A stretch of DNA of 64,000 nt from Candidatus Parcubacteria bacterium. GTDB lineage: Bacteria; Patescibacteriota; Minisyncoccia; UBA6257; JAGOQP01. Positions 35,599-45,373 of this stretch are shown piece by piece; the stretch's first letter is position 1; every line of letters starts with the position of its first letter. Location: NCBI GenBank assembly GCA_025999395.1, contig AP024682.1, positions 237,638 through 301,637 on the forward strand. The letters are read 5' to 3'. The notes under the pieces were generated by a model that saw only the letters and a program-made list of their open reading frames with translations, was not told the origin of the DNA and ran no database searches. A program made the position numbers and the translations under genes.

Positions 35599-36204
35599 AT
35601 GGATATTTTTCTCATTTTTTATTTGGTAATTCTTCTTTTTTCAGTGATTGTTCACGAGGTAGCTCACGGGTTGGCGGCCTTAAGTTTAGGAGATACCACC
35701 GCCAAAGACGCTGGTCGTCTAACTCTTAATCCTTTAAAGCACTTAGATTTTTTTGGCTCTTTTCTTCTACCTTTTTCTTTGTATTTTCTTTCAGCGGGGA
35801 CTTTTGTTTTTGGTTGGGCTAAGCCGGTACCTTTTAATCCTTTGAATTTAAAAAATCCTAAAAAAGGAGCTGGGCTAATTGCTTTGGCTGGGCCCTTGAG
35901 TAATTTTGTTTTAGCGTTAGTGGCAGCTTTAATTTTGAGATTAGGAAATGTTTTTAATTTAGGATTAAGAGCAGATTTTTTGGAATTAGCTTTAGTAGTC
36001 AATCTTTCTTTGATGGTAGTTAATCTTTTTCCTATTCCTCCTTTAGATGGTTCAAAAATTCTTTTTGCTCTTTTGCCTCAAAAATGGGAGCATTTTTATC
36101 AGGAATTAGAAAGATTTAGTTTATTTCTTATTCTTATTTTTCTTTTCGTAGGTTTTCGAATAGTTGGTTTTTTGGTTAGTCTCTTAATTCGTTTATTGAC
36201 ATAA
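35599..36204 (+). CDS. Site-2 protease family (peptidase M50) small membrane metalloprotease.
   Basis: HEVAHG HExxH motif within TM1 and a polytopic membrane topology. [21 protein letters not shown] is a typical M50 motif. Confidence 0.6.
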   Translation: MDIFLIFYLVILLFSVIVHEVAHGLAALSLGDTTAKDAGRLTLNPLKHLDFFGSFLLPFSLYFLSAGTFVFGWAKPVPFNPLNLKNPKKGAGLIALAGPLSNFVLALVAALILRLGNVFNLGLRADFLELALVVNLSLMVVNLFPIPPLDGSKILFALLPQKWEHFYQELERFSLFLILIFLFVGFRIVGFLVSLLIRLLT

Positions 36205-36266
36205 GCCCTTGTTTTTTGCTATGCTGTGCCTGTCTCTCAAGAAGGAGATTTTTTATTGCTTGTTTT

Positions 36267-36674
36267 ATGCCTACTATTACTCAATTGATTAAAAAAGGAA
36301 GAAAGAAAGCGACCAAAAAATCTAAGTCGCCAGCTTTGAGTTTTTATTTTAATACTTTAAAAAATAAACCTGTCTTTTCTCTCTCTCCTTTTAAAAGAGG
36401 AGTTTGTATAAAAGTTTTTACCACTACTCCCAAAAAACCAAACTCAGCTTTAAGAAAGGTAGCCAGAGTTCGCTTAACCAATGGAGCGGAAGTAACAGCT
36501 TATATTCCGGGCGAAGGACACAATCTTCAAGAGCACTCAGTAGTGATGATTAGAGGAGGAAGGGTAAAAGACTTGCCGGGAGTTCGCTATCATATTGTTC
36601 GCGGACGCTTTGATGCGGCAGGGGTAGAAAATAGAAAGCAAGAAAGATCTAAATACGGAGTAAAAAAAGAGTAG
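36267..36674 (+). CDS. rpsL: 30S ribosomal protein S12 with an insertion of about 11 aa near the N-terminus.
   Basis: [13 protein letters not shown]...KRGVC...[22 protein letters not shown]...[29 protein letters not shown]. The start is ATG 36267, and the ORF-track start at 36216 is a TTG artefact. Confidence 0.9.
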   Translation: MPTITQLIKKGRKKATKKSKSPALSFYFNTLKNKPVFSLSPFKRGVCIKVFTTTPKKPNSALRKVARVRLTNGAEVTAYIPGEGHNLQEHSVVMIRGGRVKDLPGVRYHIVRGRFDAAGVENRKQERSKYGVKKE

Positions 36675-36698
36675 TAAATAAAGTTTTAGTTAAAGTCT

Positions 36699-37167
36699 AT
36701 GAGAAAAAAGAAAGCTAAAAGAAGAGAGGTAAAATTAGAAAACAGGTTCTCTAATCCTGCTCTTTCCCGATTCATTAATTATTTAATGAAAGACGGAAAA
36801 AAATTAGTGGCTCAAAAAATTGGCTTATCAAGCCTTGGAAAATATCGAAAAGAAGCTGAAAACTAACCCACTGGATGTTTTTGAAAAAGCAATTGAAAAT
36901 GCCTCTCCTATTTTTGAAGTGGTTTCTAAAAGAATTGGTGGAGCTAACTATCAGGTTCCTCGAGAAGTACGTCCTCAGCGAAGATTCTTTTTGGCTTGCA
37001 AGTGGATTATCGAAGGAGCGCGTTCAGTAAAAGGAAAACCGATGGCAGAAAAATTAGCTGATGAAATTATTGCTGCTTTCAACAACGAAGGATTTGCTAT
37101 TAAGAAGAAGCAGAATGTTCATAAGATGGCTGAGGCTAATCGCGCCTTTGCTCATTTTGCTAAGTAA
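36699..37167 (+). CDS. rpsG: 30S ribosomal protein S7, interrupted by an apparent +1 frameshift at about 36822.
   Basis: The N-terminal 41 aa MRKKKAKRREVKLENRFSNPALSRFINYLMKDGKKLVAQKI are in one frame. The S7 continuation AYQALENIEKK...IGGANYQVPREVRPQRR...HKMAEANRAFAHF is in the +1 frame (listed ORF 36820..37167). The junction is at AAA-ATT-G-GCT, and removing one G restores a canonical S7. Confidence 0.8.
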
Positions 37168-37209
37168 TTAAGTTTCTAAAAAGACTATTTTGGTTTAGTT
37201 TTATTTTTT

Positions 37210-39347
37210 ATGAGATATCCTTTAGAAAAATATAGAAATATAGGAATCATTGCTCATATCGATGCTGGAAAAACCACCGTTTCAGAACGGATTCTTTTTT
37301 ATACTGGTATTTCTCACAAAATCGGGGAGGTGCATGAGGGGCAGGCAATTATGGACTGGATGGAGCAGGAAAGAGAAAGGGGGATTACTATTACCTCAGC
37401 TGCCACTACTTGTTTTTGGACACCAATCCGCGAAGTTTTGAAAGTTTCCAGTGACGAAGAAAAAACTAAATTAAGAAAGGAAAGGGAACATCGAATTAAT
37501 ATTATTGATACTCCGGGCCACGTAGATTTTACAGTTGAAGTGGAGCGTTCTCTTAGAGTGTTAGATGGAGGAGTGGTGGTTTTTGATGGGGTGGCGGGAG
37601 TTGAACCTCAATCGGAAACAGTTTGGCGTCAGGCGGATAAGTATAAGGTGCCTCGCATTTGTTTTATTAACAAAATGGACAGAATGGGAGCCAGTTTTGA
37701 AAATTCCTTTAGATCAATTTTGGAAAGATTAACTCCTCACGCTGTAGCGGTTCAACTTCCTATTGGAGCGGAAGAAAATTTTGAAGGAGTGGTTGATCTT
37801 TTGGAAAAGAAAGCTTTTATCTTTAAAGGAGAACACGGAGAAATAATTGAAGAAATTCCCATTCCTCAATCGATGATAGATGAAGTAGAAGAAAAAAGAG
37901 CCTTTTTAATTGAAAAAATTGTTGAAAAAGATGAAGAATTGATGAATCGTTACTTAGAAGGTCAGGAAATTAAAGTTGAAGAATTAAGAAGAGTTTTAAG
38001 AAAGGCAACGATTGAAAGTGAATTAGTGCCTGTTTTCTGTGGTTCAGCTTTAAGAAATAAGGGGGTTCAGTTTCTTTTGGATGGAGTGATTGATTATCTT
38101 CCTTCTCCTTTGGATATTAATCATCTCAAACCAATTAAAGGAACTCATCCTAAAACTGGAGAAGAAATTGTTCGTCAACCTACGGATAATGAACCTTTAA
38201 CTGCTTTGGCTTTTAAAATTGCTTCCGATCCGTTTGTGGGAAACCTTACTTACTTTAGAATTTATAGCGGTGTTCTTAAAAAAGGTACTTACATTCTCAA
38301 CTCTACCAAGAATTTTCAAGAAAGAGTCGGAAGGATCGTTCGAATGCACGCTAATCATCGAGAAGATGTTGAAGAAATGTATGCAGGGGATTGGGAGCAA
38401 TTGTGGGGCTAAAAGGAACTACTACCGGTGACACTCTTTGTGATCCTCAAAATCCGATTGTTCTTGAGGGAATTACTTTCCGAGAACCAGTGATTAATCT
38501 TAAAATCGAGCCCAAAACCAAAGCTGATCAAGAAAAACTAGGCTTGGCTTTAAGACGCTTAGCAGATGAGGATCCCACCTTTCGGGTTACTGGTGATCCG
38601 GAAACTGGGGAAACGATTATTTGGGGAATGGGAGAGTTACATTTAGAAATTTTAGTTGATCGAATGAGGAGAGAATTTGGAGTGGAAGCTAATGTTGGTC
38701 GCCCCCGTGTTTCTTATAAGGAAACAATTCGCTCGACCGCTGAAGCTGAGGGGAAATATATTCGCCAGTCTGGAGGTCGAGGTCAGTATGGTCATGTAAA
38801 GATTAAAATTAGGCCTCTAGAAAGAGGGAAAGGTTTTGTTTTTATCGATCAAATTAAGGGAGGAATTATTCCTCAGGAATTTATTCCGGCAGTAGAGAAG
38901 GGAGTAAGAGAAGCAATGGACAAAGGAATCATTGCCGGCTATCCTGTTACCGATGTTGAAGTAACTCTCTTTGATGGTTCTTATCACGAAGTCGATTCTT
39001 CGGAAGCAGCTTTTAAAATTGCTGGCTCGATCGCTTTTCAGGAAGCGGCTAAACAGGCTGATCCAGTGATTTTGGAGCCAATCATGAAGGTTCAGGTAAT
39101 CGTTCCTCAGGAATTTGTAGGAGATGTGACGGGTGATTTGAGCGCTAAAAGAGGCAGAATCGAAGCTTTATCTGATCGGGCAATGATGAAGGTAGTTGAT
39201 GCTAAGGTTCCCTTGTCAGAAATGTTTGGATATGTTACTAATTTAAGATCGATGACTCAAGGAAGAGGAACTTTTACCATGGAGTTTTCTCACTATGAAG
39301 AAGTTCCTAAAAATATTGAGCAATTGATTATTGAAGGGAAAAAATAA
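37210..39347 (+). CDS. fusA: Elongation factor G, split by an apparent -1 frameshift at about 38391 into ORFs 37210..38412 and 38391..39347.
   Basis: G domain [13 protein letters not shown]. The join EEMYAGD|[18 protein letters not shown] matches the EF-G consensus YAGDIAAAIGLKDTxTGDTLCD only if one T is added (GATTGGG to GATTTGGG). Confidence 0.8.
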
Positions 39348-39368
39348 TTTAAGTAATTAATTTTTTCT

Positions 39369-39713
39369 ATGGCGGATTATATTATAGATTGTAAAGGAAA
39401 AAGATTTGGAAGAGTAGCAAGTGAAATTGCTACTATTTTGCAAGGGAAGAAAAATCCTTCTTGGAATCCTCGCTTGGCTGGAAATGATCGAGTAATTGTT
39501 AAAAACGTTGATCAACTTTCTTTCAGTGGCAAAAAGTTGGAGCAAAAAGTTTATTACTCCCACACTACTCAAATTGGTCATCTGAAAGAAAGAAAGGTAA
39601 AGGATGTTTTGGCCAAGAAAGGAGCGGCTTATGTTTTGAAAAAAGCGGTTTTTAACATGCTTCCTAAAAATAAACTTCGGGCTAAAAGAATGAAAAGATT
39701 AATTTTTGAATAA
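39369..39713 (+). CDS. rplM: 50S ribosomal protein L13.
   Basis: 114 aa with an L13-like pattern (GRVASEIATIL, KVYYSHT...GHLKE, MLPKN). It is followed by rpsI, as in the conserved operon. Confidence 0.8.
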   Translation: MADYIIDCKGKRFGRVASEIATILQGKKNPSWNPRLAGNDRVIVKNVDQLSFSGKKLEQKVYYSHTTQIGHLKERKVKDVLAKKGAAYVLKKAVFNMLPKNKLRAKRMKRLIFE

Positions 39714-39734
39714 GTTTTAATTATTTACAAGTTT

Positions 39735-40208
39735 ATGGTTACTAAAAGCAAAAAATCTCAGTCAGAAAATATTTCTTTGGAAGAAAGAACAAAGGTAGTT
39801 TTGCCTAAAGCTAACTATGTTGAAGCGGTGGGTCGCAGAAAAACCTCAACTGCTCGAGTGAGGATTTATCAAAATTCTAAGGAAAATCAGGGCAAAATTG
39901 TGGTTAATAATAAGGCGTTGGAGGATTATTTTCCAATGGCTGCTTATCGCCTAGAAGCGATTGCTCCTTTAGAGAAAATGGGAATGTTGGGTAATTTTTT
40001 TGTTAGTGTTCAGGTAAAAGGAGGAGGAATTTCTTCTCAGGCAGGAGCCATTGCTCATGGGATTGCGCGAGCTTTGATTGAAATTGATCCTTCTCTAAGG
40101 AAAAAGTTGAGAAGTTTGGGCTTTATTACCAGAGATCCAAGAATGGTAGAAAGAAAGAAATATGGTCTCAAAAAATCTCGCCGGGCCCCTCAATGGTCCA
40201 AGAGATAA
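39735..40208 (+). CDS. rpsI: 30S ribosomal protein S9.
   Basis: VGRRKTSTARVRI...GGGISSQAGAIAHGIARAL...RDPRMVERKKYGLKKSRRAPQWSKR. Confidence 0.85.
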   Translation: MVTKSKKSQSENISLEERTKVVLPKANYVEAVGRRKTSTARVRIYQNSKENQGKIVVNNKALEDYFPMAAYRLEAIAPLEKMGMLGNFFVSVQVKGGGISSQAGAIAHGIARALIEIDPSLRKKLRSLGFITRDPRMVERKKYGLKKSRRAPQWSKR

Positions 40209-40220
40209 TCGGCCTAGATT

Positions 40221-40266
40221 TAAAGAATTATGTTAGTTTCTTTAAGAACGGTTCTTATTTTTTTTA
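40221..40266 (+). terminator. Probable terminator after rpsI.
   Basis: TTAAAGAA-N10-TTCTTTAA perfect 8-bp hairpin, then a small AAGAA/TTCTT hairpin and a T8 run. Confidence 0.35.
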
Positions 40267-40314
40267 GCTTTTATTGCTCTTATTTATTTTCCTACTGTAA
40301 TTGAAAAGTGGTAT

Positions 40315-40632
40315 TTGGACTATCCTTGGGTGGATATTCCTCTTCACTTTTTAGGAGGGGGGTGGGGAGCACTTTTATTTTTCTTCTTTTTTGGAAGTCT
40401 TTTTTCTGAGGAAAGGGGAGCCAATCATCCCTGGGAAAGGGTGAGAATTTTAATTTTGGCTATAGCTTTTGCTTCTTTTGTGGGAGTTTTCTGGGAGTTT
40501 GGAGAATTCATTCTTAATCAATATTTTTCTGTCGGTATGGAACAAAGTATTCCCGATACGATGGGCGATCTTTTTCTTGATATCTTAGGAGCTTTAACTT
40601 TTGGTCTCTTTTTAATAAGGAGAAAAATTTAA
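40315..40632 (+). CDS. Hypothetical small membrane protein.
   Basis: 3 hydrophobic helices. No motif. Confidence 0.3.
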   Translation: MDYPWVDIPLHFLGGGWGALLFFFFFGSLFSEERGANHPWERVRILILAIAFASFVGVFWEFGEFILNQYFSVGMEQSIPDTMGDLFLDILGALTFGLFLIRRKI

Positions 40633-41895
40633 ATCTACTCTCTTAAGAGAAGTATCTTCTAAAAGATAAATTTTATTTTCTGCTAAAAGGTAGGCGGCCT
40701 CTCCTTTTTTGTTGGTGATAAGAAACTGATTATTGGGTTCCAGCTTGGTTATTTCGGCTATTTGGATTTGGTGAGGATATTCTAAAAGAAGGTGAAAAGA
40801 GTCTTTGTAAAAGTAAATTTTTTCTATCTTTGAGGCATCGGCTACTTGAATTCTTAAATAGCTTTCTTTGGGTGCTTCTAAAGAAACAATCTCATCACTT
40901 AAAAGGTAAACAAAAATTTTTCCGTCTTTATCCTGGAAGACTATCTTGCTTTTATCAGGAGAAAAAGAAAATTGTTTGGCCTTAAAGGCAATTTGCCGAA
41001 AACTTTTTTCATCGGGAGAATAAATTCCTAAAGCTCCGTTTTCTAAAAGGAAAGCTAAAAGACCATTTCCTACTTTCAAATCGATAACTTTTTCTTGAGG
41101 ATTAAAGAAACTAAATTCTTCTTGAAAAACCTCTTTATTGAGGGTTAAGTCGTAAATAATAATTTTTTTGCTTGTAATTTCGTTTTTCTTACTTCTTTCT
41201 ACTTTTAAGGCGTAAAGATTCTTCTCGGTGGCGAAAAAATTTTCAAATTCTCCCTCTAATAAGAGAGAAGTTTTTTGTTGATCTAAATTCAAAAGGTAAA
41301 TCCCCTTAACGGTTTGAGCTAAAAAAGCGTTTTCTTCTTGAGGAGAAAATTTTAGATTAATTATTTTGGATTTAAAAAAGGAAGCAATTCGAGAGCTGAG
41401 GTTAAAATTTGTTTCTTTTTTTAGGGAAGTTAAGTAGTAGGTATTATTTTTATCTTGAGTGAGGACATTTTGAAAATTATCGATATCTATTAGTTTTTCT
41501 CCTTTAAGGTTTTGAGCAATCGTTTCTTTTTTTAAAGTTTGAGGGATAAGAAGAGCATTGAGAATGCGAGTTACTTGAGAGGGGAAGACCTCGATATTTT
41601 TTTGATACTCATGGAAACCCTCTTTTTTTAAAATCAAGCGGTATTTTTTAGGAAGAATATTGGTAATTAAGGTTCCTTTTTGAAGAATACTTGATTTATT
41701 GGAAAATTCCTTGCCATTGATAAAAATAAGAGCATCTCGAGGAAGGCTTTCGATATAAATGGCGCCAGTCTTTTTAATAGAAAATGAGGCCAAATCAATT
41801 CTAAAACCTTGAGAATAGTAAATTATTCCTGTTCCCACAATTAGAAAAAAGAGAACAAAGGAAAGAAAGAGTTTTCTTCTGAAATTAATGGACAT
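40612..41895 (-). CDS. Hypothetical membrane-anchored extracytoplasmic protein, probably beta-rich.
   Basis: N-terminal TM (LFLSFVLFFLIVGTGIIYY). A long soluble domain with alternating beta-like periodicity. No family assignable. Confidence 0.35.
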   Translation of the reverse strand: MSINFRRKLFLSFVLFFLIVGTGIIYYSQGFRIDLASFSIKKTGAIYIESLPRDALIFINGKEFSNKSSILQKGTLITNILPKKYRLILKKEGFHEYQKNIEVFPSQVTRILNALLIPQTLKKETIAQNLKGEKLIDIDNFQNVLTQDKNNTYYLTSLKKETNFNLSSRIASFFKSKIINLKFSPQEENAFLAQTVKGIYLLNLDQQKTSLLLEGEFENFFATEKNLYALKVERSKKNEITSKKIIIYDLTLNKEVFQEEFSFFNPQEKVIDLKVGNGLLAFLLENGALGIYSPDEKSFRQIAFKAKQFSFSPDKSKIVFQDKDGKIFVYLLSDEIVSLEAPKESYLRIQVADASKIEKIYFYKDSFHLLLEYPHQIQIAEITKLEPNNQFLITNKKGEAAYLLAENKIYLLEDTSLKRVDLNFSPY

Positions 41896-42053
41896 GAGAT
41901 TTTTATCAGTTTTTGGATTTTATTTATTATAATCTTAAGTGAAGAATAAATAAACAAGACTTTTTTTACCTTTGATTTCTGAAATTTTTTAGGGTATTCT
42001 GAATTTGAAAAATCTTGGCTAAGAGGATTTAAAAACTTAGGGAAATCTTTAAA

Positions 42054-43316
42054 ATGGCTAAATTTTTAATAAAAGGAGAAAGGGAATTAAAGGGAGAAGT
42101 AAGGGTTAAAGGAGCAAAAAACGCTGCCTTAAAAATAATTGCTGCCTCGTTACTAGCCGAGTCTCCTTGTTTGATAAAAAACGTTCCCCGGATCAGTGAT
42201 ATTGAAACACTTTTGGAAATTTTGAAAGGGATTGGAGTCAAGTTTGAGTTTAAAGAAAATACTCTTTGGATAGACGCTTCCTCGATTCATTCTACTAGTC
42301 TCGATGATGCCGGGATGAAAAAATTAAGAGGCTCGATTGTTTTAGCTGGTCCGCTTTTAGCTCGCTTTGGGAAAGTAAGTTTTAGTCAGCCGGGAGGATG
42401 CTTAATTGGAAGTCGCCCAATCGATGATCATTTAGATGTTTTTGAGCAAATGAAGGTTAAGATTGAGTATGAAGATGAGAAATTTTTTCTCTCTGGTAAA
42501 CCCCAAGCAGCCCATATAGTTTTGGAAAAAATGAGTGTTACTGCTACCGAAAATGCGATGATGGCGGCGGTTCTTACTTCTGGAACAACTATAATTCATG
42601 TGGCAGCCGCAGAGCCGGAGATTAAAGATTTAGCCGATTTTCTCAATAAAATGGGAGCCAAAATTAAGGGAGCAGGGACTCACGAAATAGAAATTGAGGG
42701 AGTGGAAAAATTAAAAGGAGTAGAGCATCAAGTTTTACCAGACAGAATTGAAGCCGGCACCTATATTATCGCTGGAATTTTAACTAATTCAGAAATTGTT
42801 GTTGGTCCAATTATTCCTTGTCATTCTGATCTTTTTTTAAAAAAGCTTAAAAAAGCCAAAGCTAATTTTAGAATAGAGGAAAAAGAGGGGCAAAGTTATT
42901 TAAGAACTCTTAAAAGAGGAAAATTACTTGCCCAAAACATTGATGCTCGCCCTTATCCGGGATTTCCCACTGATCTTCAGCCTCAATATGCAGTTTTAAT
43001 GACTCAAGCCGAAGGGAGATCGGAGATATTTGACACTATGTTTGATGGGCGGTTTCGATATCTTGAAGAATTAAAGATAATGAAAGCAGATGTAGAAATT
43101 CTTAATCCTAATCGATTCATTGTTAATGGCCCCTCCCAGCTAAAAGGAGCGGAGGTTTCAAGCCTTGATATTCGGGGAGGAGCAGCGGTGGTTTTGGCGG
43201 CTTTGGCGGCGCGGGGAGAAACTTTAATCCATAATGTTGAGTTTATCGATCGGGGTTACGAAGCTATTGATCTACGCTTGAAAGAATTAGGAGCAGCAAT
43301 TGAAAGGATTGGTTAG
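42054..43316 (+). CDS. murA: UDP-N-acetylglucosamine 1-carboxyvinyltransferase.
   Basis: MAKFLIKGERELKGEVRVKGAKNAALKIIAASLLA. Active-site Cys context CLIGSRPID. Confidence 0.9.
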   Translation: MAKFLIKGERELKGEVRVKGAKNAALKIIAASLLAESPCLIKNVPRISDIETLLEILKGIGVKFEFKENTLWIDASSIHSTSLDDAGMKKLRGSIVLAGPLLARFGKVSFSQPGGCLIGSRPIDDHLDVFEQMKVKIEYEDEKFFLSGKPQAAHIVLEKMSVTATENAMMAAVLTSGTTIIHVAAAEPEIKDLADFLNKMGAKIKGAGTHEIEIEGVEKLKGVEHQVLPDRIEAGTYIIAGILTNSEIVVGPIIPCHSDLFLKKLKKAKANFRIEEKEGQSYLRTLKRGKLLAQNIDARPYPGFPTDLQPQYAVLMTQAEGRSEIFDTMFDGRFRYLEELKIMKADVEILNPNRFIVNGPSQLKGAEVSSLDIRGGAAVVLAALAARGETLIHNVEFIDRGYEAIDLRLKELGAAIERIG

Positions 43317-43325
43317 TAAAAAGAA

Positions 43326-43354
43326 TTGATTTCTCCCTTTTTTGGTTGTATGAT
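43326..43354 (+). promoter_or_regulatory. Sigma70-like promoter TTGATT-17-TATGAT upstream of mreB.
   Basis: TTGATT at 43326-43331, TATGAT at 43349-43354. Confidence 0.4.
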
Positions 43355-43438
43355 AGCCACAAAGTAAAGGTTTAAAATGGTAGTTTAGCTTAACTGTTAT
43401 TGTTTTGAAAAAGTTTTAAAAGAGTTGTCTTAAGTCTT

Positions 43439-44452
43439 ATGTTAACTACTAAAATTGGAATTGATTTGGGAACGGTTAATACGGTAGTTTTTGTTCCTAA
43501 AAAGGGATTTGTTATAAACGAGCCAACGATGGTGGCTTTGGGGCTACCGGAAAACAAAGTTATTGCTGTAGGAAAAGAAGCTAAAGAGATGCTTGGAAAA
43601 ACCCCTTCTGATATTGTTTCCTATAAACCTCTTAAGGATGGAGTAATTGCTGATTATTATATTACTAAAGCTCTTTTAAAATATTTTATCCAAAAAGCGG
43701 TTGGCTCTTTTAATCTTTTGATTAAGCCAGATGTAGTTATTTCGGTTCCAGCAGGCATTACTCAAACTGAAAGAAGAGCAGTTATTAATGCAGCTGTGGA
43801 GGCAGGAGCCAAGAATGCTTATGTGGTTAAAGAGCCGATTTTGGCAGCTTTGGGGGCGGGTATCCCTATCAATTCTCATTCGGGTAATATGATAATCAAC
43901 ATTGGCGGAGGAACTTTTGAGGCGGCGGTGGTTTCTTTGGGAGGAATTGTTTCTTGGGCTAGCTTAAGGATCGCCGGGAATCGTTTTGATCAGGCAATTG
44001 TTGATTATGTGAGAAAAAAATACAGTCTTTATATTGGGGAGCAAACTGCTGAAAAGGTAAAAATTGCTATTAGTTCGGCTATTCCTACTCGCTCTAAAAA
44101 AGAGTACCAAGTAAGAGGTCGGGATATGGCTACTGGGCTTCCCAAAGATATTGTTATCAACTCTAATGAGATTGCCGAAGCTTTAGCTCCCTATCTCTCC
44201 GAAATTGCTTCGGCGGTTAGAGAGGTTTTTAATCAAACTCCACCGGAATTAGTAGCGGATATTATGGAAAAAGGAATAATTCTTTCTGGTGGAGGAGCTC
44301 AAATAGAAAATCTCCCCGCTTTCTTTAAAAAAACTTTGGGGGTTAATGCTTATGTTGCTCAAGATCCGCTCTTTTGCGTAGCCAAGGGAACGGGCTTAAT
44401 TTTAAGTCATTTGGATATTTATAAAAGAACCTTGTTAAACAAGAGTAATTAA
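43439..44452 (+). CDS. mreB: Rod-shape actin homologue MreB (copy 1).
   Basis: IGIDLGTVNTVVFV, INIGGGTFE, ILSGGGAQI. Confidence 0.85.
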   Translation: MLTTKIGIDLGTVNTVVFVPKKGFVINEPTMVALGLPENKVIAVGKEAKEMLGKTPSDIVSYKPLKDGVIADYYITKALLKYFIQKAVGSFNLLIKPDVVISVPAGITQTERRAVINAAVEAGAKNAYVVKEPILAALGAGIPINSHSGNMIINIGGGTFEAAVVSLGGIVSWASLRIAGNRFDQAIVDYVRKKYSLYIGEQTAEKVKIAISSAIPTRSKKEYQVRGRDMATGLPKDIVINSNEIAEALAPYLSEIASAVREVFNQTPPELVADIMEKGIILSGGGAQIENLPAFFKKTLGVNAYVAQDPLFCVAKGTGLILSHLDIYKRTLLNKSN

Positions 44453-44467
44453 AAGGATTTAGTTTTT

Positions 44468-45358
44468 ATGATTTTTGGCTACGATTCTTTGGTAGCGGAG
44501 TTTAAACGCTTAGCGGCAGATAACTCTTTAGCTCAAACTTATCTTTTTTTTGGAGACAGGGGAGTGGGAAAATTTCTTTTTGCCAAAAGTTTGGCTAATT
44601 ATTTAGAAAATGGGATTTTTGAGGAACCTAAGGGTGATTTGAGAGAATCTTTAATCGTTGATTTTAGTCAAACTAAAGAAAACACTCTTGAGGGCAATTT
44701 AGAAAGTGTTGGAATCGAAACTATTCGCCAAATAGAAAGTTTTTTATTTCAGAAACCCGTTGCTTCTCGTTATCGAGTGGCGATCATTAGAGATGCCGAA
44801 TGGCTTACTTTGCCAGCTCAAAACGCTCTTTTAAAGATAGTGGAAGAGCCGCCTTCTTCTGCTCTTATTATCGCAATTGTTCAGGATTTCTCTGTTTTTC
44901 TACCTACTTTAGCCTCCCGATTTCTCAAGGTTTACTTCCCCCGCCTTTCTTTAGAATCTACTCTTGACTTTTTATCAAAATATTGTATAATTGAGAAGCT
45001 TTCAGAAAATGAGAGGAAAAAACTTGCAGAAAGAGCTTCGGGAAGAATTGGGTATCTTTTGAAAATCCTCGAAGAGAAAAAAGAAAAAAAAGAAAGTAAA
45101 GATTTGGTTAATCTTGTTCTTTCTAAAAAAAATACAGCTAACCTTTCTGATTTGGTAGAAAAGATTATAACCTTGAGCGAAAAGAATCCCTTAGAATTTG
45201 ATCTGTTTTTTGAAGAATTGATTTGGAGATTAAGAGAAAAATTACCTTTTTCCTGGGCGGCTTTAGCGGAGGTTAATCAAACTTTTTGGCTTTTGAAAAA
45301 TTTAACTGTTAATAAAAGAATTCAAATAAAGAAAATGTTGTTGAATATTAATTTTTAG
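44468..45358 (+). CDS. holB: DNA polymerase III delta-prime subunit.
   Basis: AAA+-like N-terminus YLFFGDRGVGKFLFAKSLANYL and the sensor region AQNALLKIVEEPP. Confidence 0.6.
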   Translation: MIFGYDSLVAEFKRLAADNSLAQTYLFFGDRGVGKFLFAKSLANYLENGIFEEPKGDLRESLIVDFSQTKENTLEGNLESVGIETIRQIESFLFQKPVASRYRVAIIRDAEWLTLPAQNALLKIVEEPPSSALIIAIVQDFSVFLPTLASRFLKVYFPRLSLESTLDFLSKYCIIEKLSENERKKLAERASGRIGYLLKILEEKKEKKESKDLVNLVLSKKNTANLSDLVEKIITLSEKNPLEFDLFFEELIWRLREKLPFSWAALAEVNQTFWLLKNLTVNKRIQIKKMLLNINF

Positions 45359-45373
45359 AAGATAAACAAAAAT

